A stretch of 61,333 nt of DNA, the filler included, from Basidiobolus ranarum (lineage: Eukaryota), in NCBI GenBank assembly GCA_040143965.1. It is 10 parts of 10 records of this genome, joined end to end, with 100 filler letters (N's around TTAATTAATTAA, not from the genome) between each part and the next. Parts side by side here need not be neighbours in the genome. Positions count along the whole stretch, not along the records: positions 1 to 6,058 come from JASJQH010001424.1; positions 6,159 to 12,211 come from JASJQH010001425.1; 8 more parts are not named here. One strand, given 5' to 3'. Within the stretch, counting starts at the first letter, position 1; the number at the start of each line of letters is the position of its first letter. Shown here one piece after another: positions 1 to 10,228 of the stretch. The notes beneath the pieces are model-generated. The model was not told the origin of the DNA. It did no database searches and worked only from the letters and a program-made list of their open reading frames with translations. Made by a program: the position numbers and the translations under genes.

Positions 1-1488
1 AATAACAAACATTCCAGCAGACTGGAGCGAAGTCCAAAAGACTCGAGGGGCTAAACCTCTGAACAATCCATTGATGCCTTCTTGTTTATAATTCCAACGT
101 AAACCATCAATAATTCCGGTATAATATTTTTGAGGGGTGGGTGATTTCTCTTTTCTAGGATCCCATAGTTCATCTCTAATCTACAAAATTCTACAGTTTT
201 AGTAGGATGAACAATTCGATTGATTTAGGTACACCGCACTTACTGGCTTCTTGACTTGGGTTTGTAGTATAGTCTTCATTACGTCTGTAAAAGTGGTTAG
301 TTACTTTTATGTTTGGAAGGACAGAATATAACTATATCTACCTAGAGGTGTGGTAATTGCTCCGGCAGCTCCTCCGGCCAAACCACCAATAAATAGCTCC
401 GTGGGGAGTGACATGTGTCCGTCAGTGGCTCGCGACAATGCCATTACCTTCAATTTCTCTATCAATCGCCGTTAATAAATCACTGCTTCAAGTGAATTTT
501 GCGTATTATAAAATCCGAATACCATAAAAAGCAAACTGGAGTGCGGAGAAAGGAACATCTCTAAGAATTGTAGCTTTATAACCGTTGTAGAGTGCACCAA
601 GTCCATCATGTTTCAATATCTTAAAAGTAAAATGGGTCAGTTATTTAAATAAGAAACAGCCGGTTAAAATAGAAAAAGATGTACCATTCTTAGCGCGTGT
701 GAAGTGCTCTTATAGTTATATCCACTCACGAAATGCGGATTGTTGTACTTTCCTTGCATTTGCATTCGGGTTTTTAGAACCTGAAAATTTTTCTTTAGAT
801 CTTCTTCGGTATATCAAATTGAATAAACATTTACCTCAGAAGGGACAAAAACGACAGAGGCGGCAATATCACCAATTGAGCCTATAAAGAAGAAGTTACA
901 TTCAATTCCTCTTTGTAAAATTAAGGACTTTTAAGAATTACCAGCAGCCAAATGAACTACAGTATCCGGAATTCCGTAACTAATACCGGTACGTTTAACA
1001 AACTCGTATGTTGCGAAGTATATCATGGTACCTGGGACTATTCCACAACGAATGGTTAATGATAGAATGATAAAATTTTGAATAAAAATAATTACTTGAA
1101 CCACCCATTGCCGGAGCAACTCCCCCATATAGTCCACGAAGTACACCCTCCTCGCGTAAGATAGTACGATACGCCTGAATCATGTTGGTATATTTTGGTG
1201 GATACGGTTGACCTTGAAGCCTTGTTTTTACTGTATCGACGCTAGAATATATCACGTTCGGTGAATGTCTGATTCTTGATTTGCCATTTCAAAAAGAATT
1301 TTGTAAACTTGAAAGTACCTATGCATTACAAAATCTCCGAAACTTCCTCCTAGACCACCAGCAACAATCACCTATGAATTATAACGAATAGGTTACTTTT
1401 GTGGTTACTGCAAAGTAATCACTAGACTAAATACATTAATATACGGTGGATAGGTGGTATCATGTGTGTTCTTTGACGTTGGACTCAT
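1..1488 (-). CDS. MME1: Mitochondrial carrier (SLC25 family), MME1/YMR166C-like; multi-exon, 3' end runs off the window
   Basis: ATG at 1488. Spliced peptides [17 protein letters not shown] / [28 protein letters not shown] / [20 protein letters not shown] / [15 protein letters not shown] closely follow yeast Ymr166c. Short GT-AG introns. Confidence 0.85.
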
Positions 1489-2562
1489 ATTAAGACTTGT
1501 AACTGTTGCAAAACCGAGAGAGAGCTCCGGTTGGAAATTCATAAAACTGTGGGCTTTCTCCCACTAGAAGTATACTAACTAATAATGATGAATAATAACA
1601 GCAGAAATAGAGCAAGCGGTCTCGGAAAAGTAGTAAAAAGATTTGCTTTAACAGTGATACCTGTATAATACAAAAAACCTTTCTAGATTGTAATAATAAA
1701 ATTATGAGAATGAGATCTTTGATCAATGTGGAATAAATGTCGGTTCGAATTTGGCTGTCGACTATTTATCAAAGTTGGGTGGAGATATGATGTAGAATAC
1801 ATTTGAACATAGTCGCAGCAATGTCCGCAGAGCTTTGCGGGGAAATACCATGCTCCGCTTAGGTGATTGGTGGAAATAGAGAATGATTTCCCCATATTGA
1901 TTAATGTCTAGTAAATCCGATGATGGTTGCTTATTCGCCAACTATTTGCTAGGCTTTAGTTACCTAGTCTTTATTGTTCACTGGGAGGATGTTACCTCTA
2001 CATAGCTAAGCAGTAGCAAAAGAACCTAAGATATAGAAAAGGGCCAGCAGTTATTGCTGTCAATTCCTGCGAAGGATACGAATATAAATTCAACCTTTAC
2101 ACCTGCATATGAGTTAGAACATCACACGGCCAATCATGTGCTCGCCAACCTCGTTGAATCTTGGGGTAGGGTTTGTGTTGGTCAGGGAGCTCTGGCATCG
2201 AGTGTTGATTTACAGCGTAGTCGATGAGAGCAATGGATGAGTGAATGCAGAAGGATATTCACCAAAAGATCTACAAAGGATATAGCATCCTTGATAGGGG
2301 CTCACGACAGGCTCAATGTTTCAAAATCATTATCGTTGCACTTCTAGACAATACATTCCTACCTATTCAATCTGTGGGCCAGTGTCAAAAGATGCATGAG
2401 AGTAAGAGCCCCCTTCAAATTCCAAATATTTGGTAAACAACATCATGCAGCCTCACTCTTGGATTCATTTCAAATTCAGATATTTAAGCTTGGTACTGTG
2501 TACTCAGTTCAGTATCGTGTTCATCCACCTTTACTACTCTTAAATCAACTAACCCCTTAACC

Positions 2563-3048
2563 ATGAATGTTTTAGCTTTAAACCTTTTTACCATAGTTTC
2601 CTTGGGATTCTACAGCTCTACAGTTGTCGGTTTACCCAATGGTTTTACAAATATTGCATCACAAGAGTCCATACCCTTCTTCGATAGTCTTTCAGCCAAG
2701 TCGCCTCAGCTTCCTCAAGACGATGCTTTCAGAATAATGTCACTGAACCAAAGGTTATTCAACCAAATGGATCAACTAGATTTGAATGCCGAGAGTTCTA
2801 AACCTCAAATTTGGAAGTCGCCAGAGGTTGGGCAGTCTACTCCACAAGCTCCCCAAGAAGAGAAGAATGTGGCTAATGAGCCTGCAGTGAGTGCTCCTGC
2901 TGATAGGAGTGCTGGATCCTTGCAAGGGCAACTACAACAGAAGGTAAGCTCTGTAATGCAAAACGTGGAACAAGCCGCAGAGACTATCAACAAAAAGTTA
3001 GATAGCTTAGTCAACTCAGAACCTGGAAGCTTCCCACCTAAAACATAG
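2563..3048 (+). CDS. Secreted low-complexity (Q/S/P-rich) protein of unknown function
   Basis: 161-aa intronless ORF with a signal-peptide-like N-terminus (..YSSTVVG/LP). AT-rich TATA-like element upstream and AATAAA downstream. Confidence 0.6.
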   Translation: MNVLALNLFTIVSLGFYSSTVVGLPNGFTNIASQESIPFFDSLSAKSPQLPQDDAFRIMSLNQRLFNQMDQLDLNAESSKPQIWKSPEVGQSTPQAPQEEKNVANEPAVSAPADRSAGSLQGQLQQKVSSVMQNVEQAAETINKKLDSLVNSEPGSFPPKT

Positions 3049-3436
3049 CTTACCTTGATGTGAATTGACAAATATGAACACGATCTAGAGTACATTGTAA
3101 AGGTTTAACTTATTTAACTCCAGTAATAAATTGTGGTGTGTACAGTAATGTTTGGGATGAATATTCGAAAGTAGATTCCACATATATCCCTGGGATTGGA
3201 ACTTGTGTCAAGATCGTACAGATTATTTCAAGATGTTTGGCTTTCGATACGCCATGGCAGTAATCATAAATAAGGACATGGATTGATTCAATAATTTAAT
3301 GAGGTTAGAATATATTAAAAAAATGCGAGTATATGAAGTGAAGTGGGGTAAAGTGGAGATGCGAATTGAAATTGATGAAAGCCATTTAGATACGCAGTGG
3401 AAGAGTGTTATCCGTAAACGAGATATATGAGTAGGA

Positions 3437-4053
3437 TTAAAACTTCACTTCAAAAGAGGTACCACAACCACAACCAGAGACGGCGTGTGGATTGTTTTTG
3501 ACTTTGAATGTAGAACCAATAAGCTCTTCACTGAAATCGATTTCAGAACCGGATATCAAGCCTAATGAGATAGTATCCACTACAATTTTACCACCATCAC
3601 GGTCGAATATACTGTAAAACGAGTTAGTATTGAGGAAAACTGCTAGCAATAAGTAAACAAAACCATACACGTCCTCTTCCAAGTCATATTTGTCTGTGAG
3701 ATCAAGAAGATACTGAAACCCGTGACAGCCTCCAGATTCTACGGTGATCCGTAAAGCTTGGTCTGGGTTGTTATCACGCTTCGCCATATATTTTAACCTC
3801 TATCCTCAGTAAAATGAAAAGCTCAGTTAAGATTAATAGGAGAAATGGGAAAATTGGTGAAATTCCATACGTTTGCTGCCGCCTCTGTGACCTCAAGTGA
3901 TAATACATTGCCGTCGTCATCTTCAACGGTTTTGCTTGCTTTTGTAGAAAAGGGGTGATAGTATGTTGAGTTATAAAAGGCACTATAACCAAGTCTATTC
4001 AGACTGCTGCCTCGTGTAAATAATAACTTGGGAAAAGTTGACAAGAAAGACAT
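3437..4053 (-). CDS. ISA2: Mitochondrial Fe-S cluster assembly protein, IscA/HesB family (Isa2/ISCA2); 3 exons
   Basis: LRITVESGGCHGFQY and NNPHAVSGCGCGTSF motifs; presequence-like N-terminus; introns about 3800-3870 and 3612-3668. Confidence 0.92.
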
Positions 4054-4639
4054 CTTTAGTTATTAGCAAAAGTTTGGGTCCAATTGAAGGTGCTTTTATA
4101 GACTCAAGTTAGACTACAAATTTTATATATTGCTATGGTTCTGTATTAATATATCAGAGATTTATAATCAAAGATGTCGATGATTTAAAGAGAAATGACG
4201 GGATTCTATTGCAGCCAAATAATCTTTTGTAAAATACGCTCAGTATTCATTTAGATTAGTAATTCTGCTCTGCCCTCCGTGAAATTTAACCGTCAGTGAA
4301 TTTCTCGTTCTGGTCAGTTTATTCATTATTTTTTGAAATTAGATGGGGGCTGATTTGGGGTATGATACCTTCATCTAAATATACTCATTCCACAAGATTC
4401 GAAGTTAGTGGTCATAAATATACATACCATATAGATAGAAAACTATATTTCATTCAAAACGAATAGTCCATACACAAATAGAGACAATCAAAAGCTAAAT
4501 GTCCTCTTACTTTACTAATTGACTCTTGGAATGACAACCTCTAGGGCTGTGTCAACAGCATCAGAAGAACCTCATTGTCCCAGCTTTGTATATTGAATAG
4601 ATTAACTGGTAAATTGAATTTGATTGTTTACCTTGGGTT

Positions 4640-5170
4640 ATTGTTTTTAGAAATCGTCATAGATATGCTCTTTCCAGGAAGGTAGTTCAGCACATTCCCT
4701 CGCAATGTCTTTTTAGTGTCGATGAAAAAGTTGATGCTACTTATTCTTGCGGTTTTATGAATGTTATGTCTATCGAAAAACTGGCAAATATTTCCGTTGT
4801 TTACGATATCAACCTTTCATTGTGCTTCTGCTGAAGAAATAAGTTATAAACCATGCAGAGTTAAATCAATTCAAACTTATGCTAAGGGTATTCTTTTCGT
4901 TATCACTTATGGATATACTCTTCGTTACCTCGGTCCTCTAATCAAGGCTAACGATAGGATTTAACTTGATCTATGAATTTTCCAAAATTGCCGAATTCAT
5001 TAAATTCGAGGTTGGTAATGTTGCTATGATTACTGGTGGCCGTAACATGGGTCGTATTAGTATCATCCCAAGAAGCATCGCGGTAGTTTCGACCTCGTTC
5101 ATGTCAAGGATGTATTAAATTACCACACGCTACTCGTATGCTTAATATTTCCATCATTGAGCAACAAGTC
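4640..5170 (+). pseudogene. RPS4: Degraded 40S ribosomal protein S4 (eS4) pseudogene
   Basis: Collinear decayed peptides [86 protein letters not shown], with frameshifts and deletions. Confidence 0.85.
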
Positions 5171-5836
5171 AGTTTGCTAAAAATAATCACGGCTCAAGCT
5201 TATGATCAACGTGACAGTAGAAGATAGAGTAGATGGCCAGTTCCACATAGGTGGTAATACTTCTCCGCTACTACAAACAAAGATCCCTAACAGCAAGTAT
5301 TCATCGGTTATTCTCAATTTATTCGAAAGGTTCCAGCAAACTCTACCTGAAGCGCAGAAGCGAAACAAAATACAACGTGGATTTCTGGCTATGAGTGTCT
5401 TCAATAAAAATGATAGAGACTATGGCTGGTTTCTATTTATTAAGGCCTATCTAGTTCCAAAATAGTCAGTGACTCACTCACTAGCCAGGCATATAATTGT
5501 TCTAGTTGTAAATATGCAGCTATATGGGTTAATCTACAACGACTATTGGCTAAATTGAGCATAGGATGTGGGAGAAACATATGCCTATCTTCGCACCATT
5601 TGAATATGAGAGGAGTGCCATGATCGAGATGGCGAGTTATCACCTAGTAACATGGAACACATACGAATCTTTCTAATGATGAATTATGTTATTTACTGGC
5701 GACATGTGGATACCTTTGTTGGTGTATATAAAAATAACCTAACATCAGGTGATGTTGTGATAAAATATAAATCCATTTTTAACACGTTTGTGCTCTTTAC
5801 CTGTTATTTGGAAAGACTTACAGTTGTAAACAAAAG

Positions 5837-6058
5837 ATGTCTCGTGCCTTCGGATCACTTCGTTCGCTTTCTAAAGCATCTCTTTCCAGCATGACTACCC
5901 GTCGATACCGTTCCAGAACCCACGAAATCGTGGCCCGTGCGCTTCAAGCTACTAGAGAAGCCGGGACAATCAAACCCGAGCGAATTATCACAACCCCTCA
6001 CCGTAATACCCTCAGCGTTCAGGCACCTAACGACGAAAGTGTCACTACCCCTCAGATT
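5837..6058 (+). CDS. 5' end of a mitochondrial 2-amino-3-ketobutyrate CoA ligase (GCAT/Kbl)-like protein, truncated by contig end
   Basis: Arg/Ser-rich presequence followed by LQATREAGTIKPERIITTP, resembling GCAT LEGIRGAGTWKSERVITS. Confidence 0.6.
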
Positions 6059-6158
6059 NNNNNNNNNNNNNNNNNNNNNNNNNNNNNNNNNNNNNNNNNN
6101 NNTTAATTAATTAANNNNNNNNNNNNNNNNNNNNNNNNNNNNNNNNNNNNNNNNNNNN
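6059..6158. other. Artificial contig spacer (also 12212-12311, 18363-18462, 24511-24610, 30657-30756, 36799-36898, 42937-43036, 49073-49172, 55204-55303)
   Basis: Identical 44N + TTAATTAATTAA (stops in all six frames) + 44N. Flanking contig lengths decrease monotonically. Confidence 0.99.
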
Positions 6159-8019
6159 CCTAGTGAGATGCTTTTCATGAGCCCACATAGATCAGAATGG
6201 ATGAGGGCAAAATTCTGAGTGGATTTAATCTCTCCAGAGCTTGAAAATGGCTGTCTTTGATGTTTTCCATATATGCAACCTTTGCACAGATCCAGTTTAG
6301 TGATATTTCCAACTTCCAAGCCTGTAACAAGCTGATTTTGAATCTTTTCGGTCAGTTTTTGTTCCCAAATGTAGCTTAATCTTCTATACCACATTTGACA
6401 GCTTATTTCACCAGGTTTGGGCAAGTTTGCATGCTCAGACTGCAATTTGCTGACTTCTAGCTTGTATAAGATTTGAGCTTTGATCCCAGTAGCTAGTTTG
6501 GTATTTTTCCAATCTATGATAGTCCATCCAGCCTTGCTGAAGACAAAACTTAGTCCTTGGGTTGTTGCTTGGCTGACTGAGAGTAGATTCTTGGCTATAT
6601 TTGGAACATAGAGTACATCATCTAACTTTGCAATATGGTGTAGCTAAAATTTGGTCTAAATTGAGTAAAACAGTGCCCTCACCAACTCATCTAGTGCATA
6701 GTAAACTACCCAAGTAGACTTTCCTTGTTTGGATTGGTTTTAAGCTGCAAAACCAATCTTTCCTGTTGGAAATATGCTGGGAAGATCCTGAATCAATGTA
6801 CCACATTTCTGAGTATTGTTAAGTGGTTACTAATAGAGCAGACACAAATAGATCATCTCTTTCAGTGCTTACTTGATTTGTATGTTCCCATTTTAGCTTT
6901 TTGGTCAAAATCCTTTTTTTTGCATTCATTGATTAAATGGCCTGGTTTCTTGCGATACTTGCAAATGATTAATTCCCTTTTAGGGGCACCATTATTGAAG
7001 CCTGTTGGAAGTTTTATAGCTCAAAAAAATGCCTGTCTGCATTATTTTGCTGAGAATTACATCTCGTTAATTCTTCATTCAAAGGCCTAGCACCAACATA
7101 TTCCATTGCTAATAGCTCTGATGTTGATTCTAGGGCAATTATGAGGTTCCCAGCCTAAACTGGCAGGCTCACAAGTAGTGCCATGACTAAGCCATCTTCA
7201 TTTAGAGGTGCTCCAATGGATGAGAGCAGATCTGTCATAGTTTTTATGTGAATTATATGATTAAGCATAGAATCTTCAGGATTCATCTGAACTGAGAATA
7301 ATTTTCACCTAAGATATAGCTTATTAGCCAGATTTCTAGTCTCATATAGTCCCTCAAGTAAATCTCAAGCATTTGGGATGTTTTTGGCTGATTATATATG
7401 CCTCAATTGAGAAGCTCGGAGATGTAGACAAAGCATAGAGAGTGCTTTTCTCTGCTTCTTGTGAAAGGCAAGGATAGCTTCTGGTGGTCCCTTTGGTTCT
7501 TTTTCTTCTCCTGTAACAAATCCCCAAAGGTCCTTGTCTTCTAGCACCATTTGCATCTTGAACTTGCAAAGATGAAAGTCTTCACCATCAAACTTCTCTG
7601 TGGTTACAAAAATGTTGTAATAGTCCTGGTAGACATTCTTTGAGCAGCTAGCTTGAGGCTCATAACCTGATAAGAGTGTTTAGGGGATTTAGAAGTGTTT
7701 TGGACAAGATTTGGATTTGAGAATTAGACACTTAGGATTTATTGAATTGAATTTGTCCTATTTATAGTTTACTATGAAATAGGACAATTGGAAGTGCTTA
7801 GATCATAACAAACATGCCTGTTAAACATGGGAGAAAATTTGCGGTGATTTGAAGAAGTATTGAGAAAATAGTGAAAATTGGTAAAAGTGATCTAATTGAT
7901 ATATCTATCAATTAGAGCTATAAACACATGTTTTTGAGCAACAGAATTGAGTACTAAGTAATCAGAATATGAATAAACTAACAACTAAATAATGGCCTGC
8001 TATTTACTTAATTTCAACA
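6159..8019 (-). mobile_element. Ty1/copia retrotransposon 5' half (LTR family A): LTR, PBS, degraded gag-protease-start of integrase
   Basis: LTR 7668-8019 (TGTTG..TATCA on minus) and PBS 7657-7667. gag peptide EKFDGEDFHLCKFKMQMVLEDKDLWGFVTG; integrase zinc region LCKGCIYGKHQRQPF..LIHSDLCG. Many stops. Confidence 0.92.
7657..7667 (-). promoter_or_regulatory. Primer-binding site complementary to the anticodon arm of tRNA-iMet
   Basis: GGTTATGAGCC directly after the LTR terminal CA, matching the Ty5/copia type of PBS. Confidence 0.85.
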
Positions 8020-9106
8020 ATAGCAAGCCTATATCAACACTCATGGATTCCAATATGAAGTTATTCAAAATTTCATCCAATTTAGCACAGAATGACTTAA
8101 ATAAAAGCCATGAATTCTCTTATCAATATATGGTGGGTAGTTTAATGAATACAATGATTGGAACATGTCAAGACATTGCTATGGCAGTTAGAACTGGCAG
8201 CCAATAACTCAGAAGTCAAGGAGCAGAGCACAAAACTGCAGTAAAACAAATATTCAGATATTTGAGAGGAGCTGTAGTTCTAGTTCTGGAATGCTCTTAT
8301 ACTCCTGATGTGCAAAACTTTGATGGCTACAGTAATGCAGACTGGGGAAGAAACCTTGATAATCAAAGTTCAACAACTGGCTGCACTTCTCTATATGGTA
8401 ATGGAGCCATAACTTGGAAAAGTAAGAAGCAACTAATCATAGCACTTTCCACTACAGAGGCAGAGTATACGGCTGCTACTACACAAGAAGCCATATGGTT
8501 AAGGAGGTTATTTACATACTTAGGATATATGCAAAAATGTGCAACGAGTTTTTTGAAGATAATCAATGTTGTATTTCATTAGCTAAAAACCCAACATTTC
8601 ATGCTAGAACAAAACTTATAGATATTAAGCATCATTTTGTTAGAGAAGCAATAGAGAATGACATCAATGAGCTTGTCTATTGTCTTACTGAACAAATGAT
8701 TGCTACATCTTAACCAATCCTTTAGCTAAAGCACAATTTGAATCATTAAGATATATGTTAGATATGAGAGAAATACAAATAATTAGTTGAGTGTGAATGT
8801 TGAAATCTGGTAAATAGCTACTCATTATTTAGTAGTTAGTTTATTAATATATTGATTATTTACCACTCAATTGTGCCATTCAAAAATATGTGTTCATTGC
8901 TATAATCCATAGAAATATCAATTAGATCATGTTTACCAATTCTCAATATTTTCTCAAAACTTCTCCAAATCACCTAAAATTTTCACCCATGCTATTTCAT
9001 AGTAAACTATAAATAGGATATATTCAATACAATAAAGCATAAGTGTCTAATTCCCAAATCCAAATCATCTCCAAAACACTTTCAAGTCCCCTGAACAATT
9101 TTATCA
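8020..9106 (+). mobile_element. Copia 3' portion (RT end, RNase H, PPT, LTR family A 8798-9106)
   Basis: YQYMVGSLM, GYSNADWG, ALSTTEAEY, FHARTKLIDIKHHFVRE. Degenerate purine tract, then TGTTG..TTATCA homologous to the LTR at 7668-8019. Confidence 0.9.
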
Positions 9107-10228
9107 AAATGATCTAGAAGTACTTAATAAGACAAAAAGCTGTTTGTCAAGCTCATTGCTGCTGACTGATACAAGCCAATTAAGTTATTTTCTTGGAAAT
9201 CAAATCCAGGGAGAAAAACACAATCAAAAAACCATGCAGAATCCATCTTAGTACATCCTTGACATCCTAAAATGCTTCAACATGGTGTATAGGAAGCCTG
9301 TAACAATACCAATGGATCCCAATTAGAAATTAAAGAAATTTGATTTGATTTGGCACAAAATGACCTCATTCCAAGCCTTGTTATGATCTAGGCACATCCA
9401 ATAGTCCTATTTTGTAGTAAACTATAAATAAGACATATTCAATTCAATAAAGCTTAAGTATCTAATTCACAAATCCACATCTTCTCCAAAACACCTTCAA
9501 GTCCCCTTAACACTTTTATCAAAATGATCTAGAAGCACTTAATCGGACTAAAAGAAGCTTATCAAACCAATTTCAGATGACTGACATGGGTGAATTAAGT
9601 TATTTTCTTGGAATCCAAATTAAGAGCAATAAAACCAATCAGAAAATCATGATGAATCAGTCTAGATGCATCCTAGACAACCTAAAACCCTTCAACATGG
9701 AGAATAGCAAGCCTGTATCAACACTAATAGATCCCAATGTAATATTACTTAAAATTTCATTTGATTTGGCCCCAAATTACTCATATCAAAGCCAGGAGTT
9801 CCCTTATCAATCCATAGTGGGTAGTTTGATATATATAATGGTTGGATCATGTCCAAACATTGCTGTGGCTATGGGAAAGTGTGCAAATACCTCAGAGAGT
9901 CAGGATCTGAGCATAAAACTGCTGTAAAAAAATCTTTAGGTATTTGAGAGGAACTGTAGATTGAGTTCTGGAATACTCTTGCACTCCTGATGTGCCAAAT
10001 TTTGAAGGCTACAGTTGCAGACTGGGGAAGCAACCAACCATAGCACTTTCCAATACAGAAGCAGAGTGTATGACTGCCTCAGCTACTACAAAAGATGCTA
10101 TGAAGTCCAGGAAGTTCTTTAGAGACTTAGGATACATGAAAAATGTGCTATTACTGTATATGAACATAATCAAAGTTGTATTTCAATAGCTAAAAACCTA
10201 ACATTTCATGCTATAACAAAACATTTTG
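9107..10228 (+). mobile_element. Two further degraded copia RT/RNase H segments separated by a partial family A LTR (about 9380-9521)
   Basis: MTDMGELSYFLGIQI, PYQSIVGSLIY, ALSNTEAEC. The LTR 3' end is repeated. Confidence 0.85.

Noticed and set aside
1735-1765. GGTTCGAAT T-loop-like motif suggesting a tRNA
   Set aside because: Weak T-stem, and no acceptor stem, D-arm or A box.
6103-6114. Regularly spaced TTAATTAATTAA palindromes as a biological repeat array
   Set aside because: Embedded in fixed N runs; a standard six-frame-stop contig linker.
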